Below, one piece after another: positions 18,656-28,114 of a stretch of DNA of 64,000 nucleotides. A program made the position numbers and the translations under genes. The stretch spans positions 93,433-157,432 of the forward strand of contig DAIUFP010000006.1 in assembly GCA_036844565.1 (NCBI GenBank), read 5' to 3'. The stretch's first letter is position 1. Each line of letters starts with the position of its first letter. Under the pieces are notes generated by a model, which had not been told where the DNA came from, searched no databases, and was given only the letters and a program-made list of their open reading frames with translations. Origin of the DNA: Gemmatimonadaceae bacterium (GTDB lineage Bacteria; Gemmatimonadota; Gemmatimonadetes; Gemmatimonadales; Gemmatimonadaceae).

Positions 18656-20320
18656 TCAGCGGGGGCGCGGCGGAGTGCTCCGCACCGGCAGCTTGATCTT
18701 CACTCGATCGGTCGAGCTCGAGACTTTGACGACAACCTCGTCGCGAGGCTCGAGTCCATCCGAGACGCGGAGCTGGAGCGTTCCGCTGCGCGCAAGCTCA
18801 CTACAGAACCCGAACACGCCAGTCGAGGGCGTTTGGCCCTTGGCATACACATATTCCCATGGCGTGTTGAAGTCTTCTCCGGCTTCCCACCGCGCCTCGT
18901 TCACCGGGGAGTCGTCATCACGCAGCACGTTGGCGGTTACCCACGTGAAGGATGGGACAGCGCTGCACCGTTTTCGCTGAAATGCTTCGGGTGACGGCGA
19001 GATAAGGACCGCACGGATGGTACTGTCCCGCTGCGCCACAATCCGCAGCCCGGTTCCGAGCACCGTTCCAGACGCGACGACCGACGTGTCGATGACGAAG
19101 ACATCGTATGGACCGGGCAGCACATCGGGGATCTCGAGGTTGCCCTGGGCGTCGGGGCTTGCGATGTAGTCCGATTCGCCGAGGCGTACGACGACGCGAT
19201 TCGTCGGCTCGCCGTCACCCGTGACGACATGGAGCTGCACCGTACCGAGTGGCGCCTTCCAAGCGCGGCCGTCAGACCAGATGGCGCGCGCGACTTCGCC
19301 GCCGACATCGTTTCCGTTGAAAACTTGCCGGATGATCGGGTGGCGAAAGTCGCCGGAGCTGTCCAGCGTCGCGGCGGCAAGCAGCAGCACCCAGGAGTGA
19401 ATCACGACCATGCCGTTGGGCATCTCGTGAAAATGGATATGTCCGCCTGGAGTCGGCGCGTTGTAGGGAAGTCGAATACCCTCGTAGCGGAAGTCGATGT
19501 CCACAAGACGGCGCGCAACCGTGTCGATCCACACGGCGCCATCGATGTCGACACGATCCCTTCGCCGGTCCGCGGCCGAGAAGCCGAGGCCCACCTGGTG
19601 TGGACGGGCGCGATCCGCATCCACCAGGCGAAAGCAGTAGCCATTCGCAAACGAGTCGTCGAGGAGGACCTCGGCGTCTGGTCCATACAGGATTCGTGAG
19701 CCTGCGCTGTCACGCGAGAAGCCGTCACGGACAAAGGCGGCGGCGCTGCTCGCCGCCTCGAAGGACTTCTTCCTGCCCGCTACCGAGTCGATGTGCACAG
19801 TCTGGCGGTCGATGCGGTCGCTCGTGCCCTCCATGCGTCGCTCGTAGCGGAGAAGCTTCATCGTGGCAGGATTCTCCTCCGCCGCCACGATGGTCGCGAG
19901 CAGGCCGGCGCGAGCCTGTTCAAGCAAGGCGAGGGCAGATTGCGCGTCATCGCGGCGCGGACACGCCCGCGCGGCCTGCACGGTGACTTTCTCCAGCAGC
20001 GCCGGAATCGCGGTCATGACGATGTCGAACGCTTCGCCGGTCGTTACCACTATCGATAGCTCGCGCGCCCTGAAGCCCAGGCGCAGCACGCGGACCTTGC
20101 GTGCGTCCAGCGGAAGACTGATGCGGTACTGCCCGCGATCGTTGGTAATGGTGCGGCCCCGCGAGGCTCCGGCGTCGTCCATGAGTATCAGCACCGCCGA
20201 CGCAATTGGACGGCGACTCGCGCTGTCGTAAACACGGCCATGAAGATCCTGGGCCGCGGACGGAAGCGCGGTCAGGATCAGGAGCGCCGCGCGACTCGCG
20301 ACGCGAAATGGAGTGCGCAT
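18656..20320 (-). CDS. Secreted CarboxypepD_reg-like domain protein
   Basis: Signal MRTPFRVASRAALLILTALPSAAQ followed by LHGRVYDSASRRPIASAVLILMDD...TNDRGQYRI. Its stop abuts the ABC ATPase start. The ORF extends to 20617. Confidence 0.6.
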   Translation of the reverse strand: MRTPFRVASRAALLILTALPSAAQDLHGRVYDSASRRPIASAVLILMDDAGASRGRTITNDRGQYRISLPLDARKVRVLRLGFRARELSIVVTTGEAFDIVMTAIPALLEKVTVQAARACPRRDDAQSALALLEQARAGLLATIVAAEENPATMKLLRYERRMEGTSDRIDRQTVHIDSVAGRKKSFEAASSAAAFVRDGFSRDSAGSRILYGPDAEVLLDDSFANGYCFRLVDADRARPHQVGLGFSAADRRRDRVDIDGAVWIDTVARRLVDIDFRYEGIRLPYNAPTPGGHIHFHEMPNGMVVIHSWVLLLAAATLDSSGDFRHPIIRQVFNGNDVGGEVARAIWSDGRAWKAPLGTVQLHVVTGDGEPTNRVVVRLGESDYIASPDAQGNLEIPDVLPGPYDVFVIDTSVVASGTVLGTGLRIVAQRDSTIRAVLISPSPEAFQRKRCSAVPSFTWVTANVLRDDDSPVNEARWEAGEDFNTPWEYVYAKGQTPSTGVFGFCSELARSGTLQLRVSDGLEPRDEVVVKVSSSTDRVKIKLPVRSTPPRPR

Positions 20321-20415
20321 GTTCTGCAACGCCTGGCGAGATTCGCCGCGGGAAGTTGCTACATAATCCGCGTCCAGCGCGTTCGACGCCAGTCTGCGCG
20401 TTACTCGAACCCCGC

Positions 20416-21546
20416 TCAGGTCGTGAAACGGTCGACAGTGAAATGCGACAAGTCGACCTCGACGGGCAGCTCGAGGGCCAGCTGCGCGGCAGCCTCGCCG
20501 ATCGCGCTGGCGAACTTGAAGCCGTGCCCGGAGCACGCACTCACGACGACGACGCCGGGTTGTGCGCGAGGCACGCCGATCGCGAAGTCGTGGTCCGGCG
20601 TGTTGGCGTAGAGACATACCACCGACTCGACGATCGGGCCCGTAACCGCGGGAATGAATCTCGCCGCGAGCTCCTTCACGGGCTCCGTGTCGCTCGCGCG
20701 AATGGCGCGATCGACTTCATCAGGCGAGGTCGCGACTCCCTCGTGGTGGATCGCTGCCTTCACGCCGTCACCAGTGTCCGGCATGGTGTAGAAGACACGT
20801 TCGTCGCCGTGGTCGATGAGTGCGACGGGAAATCGGTCCGGCGACCTCAGGCTCGCGTCGCCCCTGCGCTCCAGCCAATGCATCGTCTGGCGCGTGACGA
20901 TGAGCGGTATATCGATGTCGAGACTCTCGAAGAGTCGCCGGTTCCATGCGCCCGCGCACAGCACCACTCGGCCGGCCTTGATCTCTCCGTGCTCACTGGT
21001 CGCGACGAATCCCGAGTCGACTCTCTGGATCTCGAGCACGCGTTCGCCCGTCCTCAGCTCCGCGCCGTGAGCCGACGCAACCTTCAGGAAGGCACGAATA
21101 CACTCCTCGGGAGCAAGCATTCCCGCGTTGCGCTCGAACACGCCTACCATCTCGTCGCTGGGTGCGAACGCCGGGAATCGCGCTGTCAGCGCATCGCGCG
21201 TGAGAACTTCGATATCGAGACCATGCTCGGCCGCGCTGCGTATCACGCCCGTCACCAGGTCGCAGCTCGGTGCACCGATGCTCAGGCCGCCCGTCTGGCG
21301 ATACAGTGTGAGACCCGACGCCCGCTCGAGCGCAGACCAGCGCGCAAACGCGCGCTGGACCAGGGGCACGTAGCTCGGATGCTCGAAGTATGCCTCGCGA
21401 ATGATGCGCGACCGGCCATGCGTCGAGCCGAGCGTATGTGGTGGCGCAAAGGCATCGACGCCGACGACTCGTGCGCCGCGGGTGGCGAGCTCGAACACGG
21501 TGGCACTGCCGACCGCACCCAGTCCGACCACGAGCACGTCGTACAT
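20416..21546 (-). CDS. solA: FAD-dependent sarcosine / N-methyltryptophan oxidase-like oxidoreductase
   Basis: Dinucleotide fold MYDVLVVGLGAVGSATVFELA and the covalent-FAD Cys context ACSGHGFKF. Confidence 0.75.
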   Translation of the reverse strand: MYDVLVVGLGAVGSATVFELATRGARVVGVDAFAPPHTLGSTHGRSRIIREAYFEHPSYVPLVQRAFARWSALERASGLTLYRQTGGLSIGAPSCDLVTGVIRSAAEHGLDIEVLTRDALTARFPAFAPSDEMVGVFERNAGMLAPEECIRAFLKVASAHGAELRTGERVLEIQRVDSGFVATSEHGEIKAGRVVLCAGAWNRRLFESLDIDIPLIVTRQTMHWLERRGDASLRSPDRFPVALIDHGDERVFYTMPDTGDGVKAAIHHEGVATSPDEVDRAIRASDTEPVKELAARFIPAVTGPIVESVVCLYANTPDHDFAIGVPRAQPGVVVVSACSGHGFKFASAIGEAAAQLALELPVEVDLSHFTVDRFTT

Positions 21547-21566
21547 GCGCTGGGCTCCGCGGTGGA

Positions 21567-22829
21567 TCAGGTAGTCGGCGTCACTCGGGTACGCGGAAGC
21601 GCGAGCGCCCACGCGAACGCGAGATGCACCGGCAGGAACAGCGCGACGATCGCCCGGTTCTCCTGCCCTCCGGGCACAACGGCCAGCACGAAAGCAATCA
21701 GGCCCAACACCGCGACAAGGGCGGCGATCATACGCGCCGCTCGCTCGTGACGTGCGCTGAGAATAGCCGCCGGAAAGAGAAACACGAGGACGAGCGAGAT
21801 CGGCGTAAGGAGAAGCAGGTTCTCGTTCCATGCCCAGAACACGTGCTTCGTCGCCGCCCACGCCAGGATGAGTATGACGCCGAGCAGTCCGCAGAGCAGC
21901 GACCACGCGCTGCCGAACAGTGCGAGCCCCCATGCCGCACTGCGCCGCGAGAGCATCATGACGCGCAGCCCCATGACAAAGGCCGCCAGGAGGATGCCGA
22001 GCAGCGCATATCGAGGCGCGAGACGAGGAGACGCGGGCGCTTCGGGCACTGGGACTGGCTCGGGCGGCAATGGGAGGACACGCTCGTCAGCGACGAGCGG
22101 CACGGCGCTGCCGTTCGGTGAGGCGATGCGAATCGTGCGCGCAGCATCGCGCAGTCGCATGGGAATGAAAAACGACTGCCATTCGGTGAGCGGCACGTCG
22201 GCGGGGCGGCCGAGTGCGATGTCGATGCCGGCCTGCACCGGTTGGTCGCCTGCGGTGAGACGCACGCTCTCGCGCCGGTACGAGAGCGCGGTGGTGACGG
22301 AATCCGTTGCGCGACGGATCGCGCCACCGAGCACGCCGTCAAGCGCATCGCGAAGTCGCGTGGAGCAGTTGTCCGCGAAGTAGTCGTAGCGATAGAAACG
22401 GTTCTCGGGCCGCTCGTTCCACTGCACGAGATCGCGGAGCTTCCGTACCTGCTCGGGCGTCAGGTTCAACCGCTGAAGCGTAATCGGCCTTCCGCGTCTC
22501 TGCTCGGAGGCGATCAGCGCCTGCGCATCGACGGCCCCCATCCAATACTTCGTATCACCCGTCAGGAAACGAAGGAGGAATCCCGGCTCATTGAAGCTGA
22601 AGAGTCCCCAGTGATACGCGGCATCCTGCATGGTGACCGGATCGTGAAACCAGAGCGCATTGTGCCCGAATCGCTCGAACACTTCGCCACCCGAGCCGAA
22701 GGTGACGAGCGTGACGGTGACGTCGTTCGGGGCCGCGGGGGAGACCGGAGACGGCGCGATCTGCGCCATCACTGAGCTCACACCGCACATCGAAACAAGC
22801 AGCGCAACCACCAGACGACGAAACCTCAC
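21567..22829 (-). CDS. DUF4105 (Lnb N-terminal-like) protein with a C-terminal membrane domain
   Basis: Signal peptide, FGSGGEVFERFGHNALWFHDP, then several TM segments. Confidence 0.6.
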   Translation of the reverse strand: MRFRRLVVALLVSMCGVSSVMAQIAPSPVSPAAPNDVTVTLVTFGSGGEVFERFGHNALWFHDPVTMQDAAYHWGLFSFNEPGFLLRFLTGDTKYWMGAVDAQALIASEQRRGRPITLQRLNLTPEQVRKLRDLVQWNERPENRFYRYDYFADNCSTRLRDALDGVLGGAIRRATDSVTTALSYRRESVRLTAGDQPVQAGIDIALGRPADVPLTEWQSFFIPMRLRDAARTIRIASPNGSAVPLVADERVLPLPPEPVPVPEAPASPRLAPRYALLGILLAAFVMGLRVMMLSRRSAAWGLALFGSAWSLLCGLLGVILILAWAATKHVFWAWNENLLLLTPISLVLVFLFPAAILSARHERAARMIAALVAVLGLIAFVLAVVPGGQENRAIVALFLPVHLAFAWALALPRTRVTPTT

Positions 22830-23830
22830 AGCTTGATCTCGCGCCCTTCGTCCGCGGACTTGTAGATCGCCTCGACGATGCGATGCAACATGATCTGGTC
22901 AGTCGGCGCCTCATACTCCGACTCGCCCGCGATCACCGACACGAAGTGCGCCAGCTCTGCACGATACGACTGGATGAATGCACTCTCGCGCGCGGCTGCA
23001 CCGCGCGGGGAGACGTCCGTCGGACGACCGTGGAGCTCCTTCACGACACGCAATGGCGCCAGGCGGGTGCTGCCGCGCGTGGAGAGCGTCTCGAACCACC
23101 AGCGCTCCTCTTCCCCCACGTACGAGGCGGACACGTCGAAGTTGAACAGGACACCGGACGCGCACTTGAGCTGCACGATCATCGCCTCCTCGACCGCGTT
23201 CTTTCCCGTTCCGCGCTCCATGCTGGCCGTCACGCGTTCAGGCACGGGATTGTCGCTGAGCCAGAGTGCAAGATCGAGCAGCGGAAGACCGTAGTCGAAG
23301 AACGCACCGCCGCCCGCCTCGATGCGCCGGCTCCGCCATCCGTGCTCCGCGCGCTTGTGGTGGTACGCACCAGCGCGAATGCCCGTGAGCTTGCCCAGCT
23401 CGCTGCCTCGGAGAAATCCTGCGAGCGCCTGCACATCGCTGCGAAAGCGATGGTTGTTCGCCACGAGCACCTTGCGGCCCGCACGCGCCGCGGCGTTCAC
23501 GATCCGCTCCACGCCCTTGGCCGTCAGCGACAGCGGACGTTCCACGAGCACGTCGATCCCCGCCGCAATGGCGCTCAGGACGTGCGGCTCATGGAGGTGA
23601 TTGGGCGTCGCGAACACAACCGCCTGCACGCCCTCCGCCTCGAGCAGGTCACTGATATCGGTATAGACATCAGGTATGTCGAACCGATCCGCGAGCGAGC
23701 GGGCCTTGGGCCGATCGTTGTCGCAGATGGCGACGAGCTTCGCACCGCGCATCTTGGCCAGGACCGGCAGGTGCGTGAGCTGCGCGATCGCGCCGGCACC
23801 CACCATTGCAATGCGCACAGGTTCCGTCAT
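22826..23830 (-). CDS. Gfo/Idh/MocA-family oxidoreductase
   Basis: IAMVGAGAIAQLTHLPVL Rossmann N-terminus and ERPLSLT. Confidence 0.85.
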   Translation of the reverse strand: MTEPVRIAMVGAGAIAQLTHLPVLAKMRGAKLVAICDNDRPKARSLADRFDIPDVYTDISDLLEAEGVQAVVFATPNHLHEPHVLSAIAAGIDVLVERPLSLTAKGVERIVNAAARAGRKVLVANNHRFRSDVQALAGFLRGSELGKLTGIRAGAYHHKRAEHGWRSRRIEAGGGAFFDYGLPLLDLALWLSDNPVPERVTASMERGTGKNAVEEAMIVQLKCASGVLFNFDVSASYVGEEERWWFETLSTRGSTRLAPLRVVKELHGRPTDVSPRGAAARESAFIQSYRAELAHFVSVIAGESEYEAPTDQIMLHRIVEAIYKSADEGREIKL

Positions 23831-23882
23831 CGATCAACTCTCCGGATTGGTACGACTCAGACTCGCACAGCCATCCGCGCGG

Positions 23883-25172
23883 TCACTCGATCGTTCCGAC
23901 AGTGGTGCCGGGATAGTACGTCCGCAGGATCGTGCGGAAATCCTGCCCCGCACGCGCACGCCCGATCGCGCCTGCCTGACACATGCCAACGCCATGCCCG
24001 TTACCGCCACCGCGGAGCGTCAGACTTTCCACGCCATCGCGTCCCGTGTTCGCGTCGACGGAAAAATAGGTGCTGTACAGTATCTCGCCACCGGGAAGCC
24101 GGAGCGCCGACCGCATCTCGTTCCCCCTGAGAGACAGCGTACGCCGATCAGTTTCAACCTCGAGCGTCGCCACTCGGCCGGCGGGTGTTACCTCGGTGAC
24201 GCGCACGGCACGCACGCTGCCGACCGGCCCCCCGTTCGGCAAACCCGCCACATAGCGTGCGACTGACTCCCGCAGCGCCTCGCGCCCATAGGTGCGGGTC
24301 CACCGGAATCGCGGGGCGCCATCGCAATAGAAACGCGTCGTGCCGGGAATCTGGTCGCTCACGCGCTTCAAGTACGGCTCCGCCCCGGTACGCCACACGT
24401 CCTGCGGTTCCGCCGTGCTCCCGCCGCACGTCGAGAAATACGGCGCATTCACGACCTGGCCGCCATAGAGCAGCACGAGTCCCGATGTGGTCTCCACCGC
24501 GATGTTGCCCACGCGCGTCTCGACGCCGGCGCCGCCGTACACCTGATCGGCCACCGTGGCGCGAAGGTCGAAAAGCCTGTTGCCCGATTCGATGTGCGTC
24601 ACGGCGTAGCTGCGGGCCGTCACCGCCTGCGCTTCGACCGCCGCGGCATCCGAAACGGCCGAGGTTCCGATCTCCAGCGGAACCACGCCCTTCACGTAGT
24701 CGTCCATGTTGAGCCGGTTGACGACCGTGAGTCCCTGCGGCGTCGCGGTGATCACCAGCTCGCCACGATAGCGCCTCGTGCCGAATGCGATCTGGCCGTC
24801 GCTGTCGGATGGTCGCGCGATCACGGTGCGCTCACGAGCGCTCACGGGACGCGAATCTTCGCGCATCGCACGCACGACGCCGCCTTCGCGCTCGAGCACC
24901 CAGCGCTCACCGGGCTGTGTGAGTGCAACTGCTGACCGTCCATCTTCCGCGAACAGCTGCCAGGCTCCGACAGAAGTAAGCCGCACCTGCTCGACATTTT
25001 CCGCGAGTGCAACTCGCACCGTGCGCGCCGATGCGCCGCGTCGCTCGTGCGCTGCCGTCGTTCCCGGCGGGGAGGCCCCAGGCGTCCGCGTCGCAGCCGC
25101 CGCCGAACAGGCAACCGCGGCAACCGCCAGCAGCGCCAGTCCCTTCATCCCTGCTTGCCTGCTGCGTTTCAT
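23883..25172 (-). CDS. SpoIID/LytB domain protein
   Basis: MDDYVKGVVPLEIG...EAQAVTARSYAV...FSTCGGSTAE. Start chosen at MKRSRQAGMKGLALLAV; the ORF extends to 25583. Confidence 0.8.
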   Translation of the reverse strand: MKRSRQAGMKGLALLAVAAVACSAAAATRTPGASPPGTTAAHERRGASARTVRVALAENVEQVRLTSVGAWQLFAEDGRSAVALTQPGERWVLEREGGVVRAMREDSRPVSARERTVIARPSDSDGQIAFGTRRYRGELVITATPQGLTVVNRLNMDDYVKGVVPLEIGTSAVSDAAAVEAQAVTARSYAVTHIESGNRLFDLRATVADQVYGGAGVETRVGNIAVETTSGLVLLYGGQVVNAPYFSTCGGSTAEPQDVWRTGAEPYLKRVSDQIPGTTRFYCDGAPRFRWTRTYGREALRESVARYVAGLPNGGPVGSVRAVRVTEVTPAGRVATLEVETDRRTLSLRGNEMRSALRLPGGEILYSTYFSVDANTGRDGVESLTLRGGGNGHGVGMCQAGAIGRARAGQDFRTILRTYYPGTTVGTIE

Positions 25173-25257
25173 CCAGCTGAAGCGGGAGGCAAAGGACGTG
25201 GAAGCCGCGATCACGGGTTGCAACGATTCAGGCGGGCGCCGCCTCAACCCTCGCCTC

Positions 25258-26568
25258 TCACCGCGCGGCGCCGAGCGCGTCATCAAGCCGCTCGAGTGTG
25301 AGCGCGATCTCCTCGTCTCCATGGGCCGCCGAAACGAAACCTGCCTCGAAGGCCGAAGGCGCGAGATAGACGCCACGATCGAGCGCGGCATGGAAGAAAC
25401 GGCGAAACAGCTCGACATCCGCCGCGCGCGCATCCGCGTACGACCGCACCGGCTCGGCGCGAAAGAAAAAGCCGAACATCGAACCCGCACTGTCGGCTGT
25501 AAACGGTACACCACGCCGCGCGGCGATGTGGCGGAGTCCTTCCACAAGAGCGCGGGTTCGCTGCGCAATCGACGCATGCACATCAGGCGTAAGCGCGGTT
25601 AGCGTTGCGATTCCGGCGGCCATCGCCAACGGATTCCCCGACAGCGTGCCCGCCTGGTACATCGGGCCGCTCGGCGCAACGAGCTCCATGAGGTCGCGAC
25701 GTCCGCCATACGCCGCAACGGGCAAGCCGCCACCGATCACCTTGCCCAGTGTCGTCAGGTCAGGAGTGATGTCGAAGTACTCGGCGGCGCCACCCGGGGC
25801 CACGCGGAACCCAGTCATCACTTCGTCGAAGACGAGCAATGCGCCATGTTGCGTTGCAAGGCGGCGGAGTGAGGGAAGGAACGCCGCGTCTGGCGCGATA
25901 AAGCCGGCGTTGCCCACAATCGGCTCGACGAAGATCGCGGCGATGCGGTCGCCATGCTGCGTCATGATCGCTTCAGTAGCGGCAATGTCGTTGAACGGCG
26001 CCGTCAACGTCAGCGCAGCCAGCGCGTCCGGCACGCCCGGAGAATTGGGCAACCCCAGCGTGGCGACGCCGGATCCGGCGCGCACCAGGAAGCTGTCGCC
26101 GTGGCCATGGTAGCAGCCGTCGAACTTAAGCAGCAAGTCACGGCCGGTGGCGGCGCGCGCAAGTCGCAGCGCGCTCATCGTGGCTTCTGTACCGCTCGAC
26201 ACGAATCGCATCATCTCGACATGTGGCATGCGCTGCTGCACCAACTCGGCAAGCGAGATCTCCAGCTCAGTCGGAATGCCAAAGCTCGTCCCATGTGCCA
26301 TCGCATCGCTGAGCGCGTCGAGCACGACCGGCGCCGCGTGACCCAGCACGAGCGGTCCCCAGGAGAGTACGTAGTCGATGTACTCGTTGTCGTCTACATC
26401 CCAGATGCGAGCGCCTTGTCCACGCGCGACAACGAACGGCTCCCCACCGACACCGCTGAACGCGCGCACCGGCGAATTCACGCCGCCGGGAAACAGCTCG
26501 CGTGCGCGCGCCATCAAGCTCGCGGAGCGCACCGTGGGCCGCCCGGCCGCCGCGAGTCCCGGTGTCAT
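25258..26568 (-). CDS. hemL: Glutamate-1-semialdehyde 2,1-aminomutase
   Basis: FPGGVNSPVRAF, FDEVMTGFR and LGKVIGGGLP. The ATG overlaps the rimO stop (ATGA). Confidence 0.92.
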   Translation of the reverse strand: MTPGLAAAGRPTVRSASLMARARELFPGGVNSPVRAFSGVGGEPFVVARGQGARIWDVDDNEYIDYVLSWGPLVLGHAAPVVLDALSDAMAHGTSFGIPTELEISLAELVQQRMPHVEMMRFVSSGTEATMSALRLARAATGRDLLLKFDGCYHGHGDSFLVRAGSGVATLGLPNSPGVPDALAALTLTAPFNDIAATEAIMTQHGDRIAAIFVEPIVGNAGFIAPDAAFLPSLRRLATQHGALLVFDEVMTGFRVAPGGAAEYFDITPDLTTLGKVIGGGLPVAAYGGRRDLMELVAPSGPMYQAGTLSGNPLAMAAGIATLTALTPDVHASIAQRTRALVEGLRHIAARRGVPFTADSAGSMFGFFFRAEPVRSYADARAADVELFRRFFHAALDRGVYLAPSAFEAGFVSAAHGDEEIALTLERLDDALGAAR

Positions 26569-27947
26569 CGGCCGAAGCTCCCGATGGATGTCGACAGCAT
26601 CGGCAGCGAGCGGGCGCGCTTCGGCGGCGCACCAGGAGCATCGACGACTCGCAGCAGCGTCGCCGTAAAGTCGACGTCGTCCTCGACGCCTTCGATCACC
26701 GCATCGATGATCGTGCCCGGCACCAGATCCTCTGCACCCTGCACGAACGCGATGCCATCGACGTCATCCGCCTGCCAGACGGTGCGCCCCTGCGCCTCAC
26801 CATCCACCACGCGATCGATCATCGCCCTTGCCGTGCGACCGATGAACCGCTCGTATCGCTCCGCCGTGATCTGGCGCTGGAGCTCCATGAGCCGCTCCAG
26901 CCGCTGCCGCTTCACCGACTCCGGAACATCGTCCACCATCTCGGCGGCCTTCGTCCCTTCCTGTGGCGAGTAGGTGAAGGCTCCCACGCGCTCGAACTGC
27001 GTTTCCTCGACGAAGGCCATGAGCTGCGCGAAGTCGTCGTCCGTCTCGCCGGGAAATCCGACGATGCACGTGGTGCGAATGGCGAGATCGGGAACGACCT
27101 CGCGCACCTTCTGCACGCGATCGCGGATCGTGCGCTGGCGCTCCGGCCGCCGCATGCGCGCGAGCACCGCGTCGGACGCGTGCTGCATCGGCATGTCGAG
27201 GTACGGCAGGATACGTGGCTGGCTCGCCATCACCTCGAGCAGCCGCGGCGTGATGCCGGACGAATAGAGGTACAGCATGCGCAGCCACGGAATCGACGTC
27301 TCCTTCACGAGCGCCTCGAGCAACTCGGGCAGCGAGAAGCCGTCGCGACGATCGCGGCCATAGTGCGCGAGATCTTGCGCGACGAGATTCACTTCGCGTG
27401 CGCCCTGCGCCTCGAGGAGCTGCGCCTCGCGAATGACCTCGTCCAGTGCGAAGGAGCGATGCTTCCCACGCATGAGCGGAATGGCGCAGAACGCGCAGCC
27501 GTGGTCGCAGCCTTCGCTGACCTTCAAGTAGCGGATGTGCGGCGCATCGCCGGTGAAGAGTCGAACACCCGGATGAATCGCTGGCACGTCGTCGATCAAG
27601 CCGCGCGCCTCGAGCTCGGGTAGCAGGCGGTCCATCTCGGACGAGCCGAGGAAGAGATCGACCTCGGGAAGTGCTTCCTCGAGCTCGCCCTTGTGACGCT
27701 GCACCATGCAACCCACGGCGACGACTGCCTTGCACGCCCCGGCTGTCTTGTAGTCGCCCGCCTGGATGATGGCGTCGAGCGACTCCTTCTTGGCGGCATC
27801 GATGAAGCCGCACGTGTTGATGACGATCACCTCGGCCTGGGCGAGGTCGTCCGTGTACTCGGCTCCGCGGTCCGCGAGCTGTGCGAGATAGCGTTCGCTG
27901 TCGACGGTATTCTTGTCGCAGCCGAGGGTGATGAAGCCGAGTTTCAT
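26565..27947 (-). CDS. rimO: Ribosomal protein S12 methylthiotransferase
   Basis: FITLGCDKNTVDSE and the radical-SAM segment CDHGCAFCAIP, plus a C-terminal TRAM-like region. Confidence 0.9.
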   Translation of the reverse strand: MKLGFITLGCDKNTVDSERYLAQLADRGAEYTDDLAQAEVIVINTCGFIDAAKKESLDAIIQAGDYKTAGACKAVVAVGCMVQRHKGELEEALPEVDLFLGSSEMDRLLPELEARGLIDDVPAIHPGVRLFTGDAPHIRYLKVSEGCDHGCAFCAIPLMRGKHRSFALDEVIREAQLLEAQGAREVNLVAQDLAHYGRDRRDGFSLPELLEALVKETSIPWLRMLYLYSSGITPRLLEVMASQPRILPYLDMPMQHASDAVLARMRRPERQRTIRDRVQKVREVVPDLAIRTTCIVGFPGETDDDFAQLMAFVEETQFERVGAFTYSPQEGTKAAEMVDDVPESVKRQRLERLMELQRQITAERYERFIGRTARAMIDRVVDGEAQGRTVWQADDVDGIAFVQGAEDLVPGTIIDAVIEGVEDDVDFTATLLRVVDAPGAPPKRARSLPMLSTSIGSFGR

Positions 27948-28086
27948 GCGTCGCGAAGGGCGTGGCGACCGACGCCTGAGGCTCGGCCGAGTCGTGGCGA
28001 AAGGTTCGTAAATATAGTCCTGTCTGGGACTTACGCATAGCGATAGCCGCTCGTTTACCGCCCGCTGAGCTCACTCCCTTGCGTTG

Positions 28087-28111
28087 AAGAACTTTGCATT
28101 ATAAAGTTCTT
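28087..28111. promoter_or_regulatory. AT-rich 9-bp inverted repeat AAGAACTTT-N7-AAAGTTCTT in the rimO / membrane-protein divergent intergenic region
   Basis: Read directly from the sequence. It ends 4 nt before the ATG at 28115. Confidence 0.25.
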
Positions 28112-28114
28112 TCC

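Noticed and set aside
26797-28074. 425-aa minus-strand ORF overlapping rimO
   Set aside because: It is in a different frame of the same strand as rimO, which has the radical-SAM and MTTase motifs. The composition is Arg-rich.
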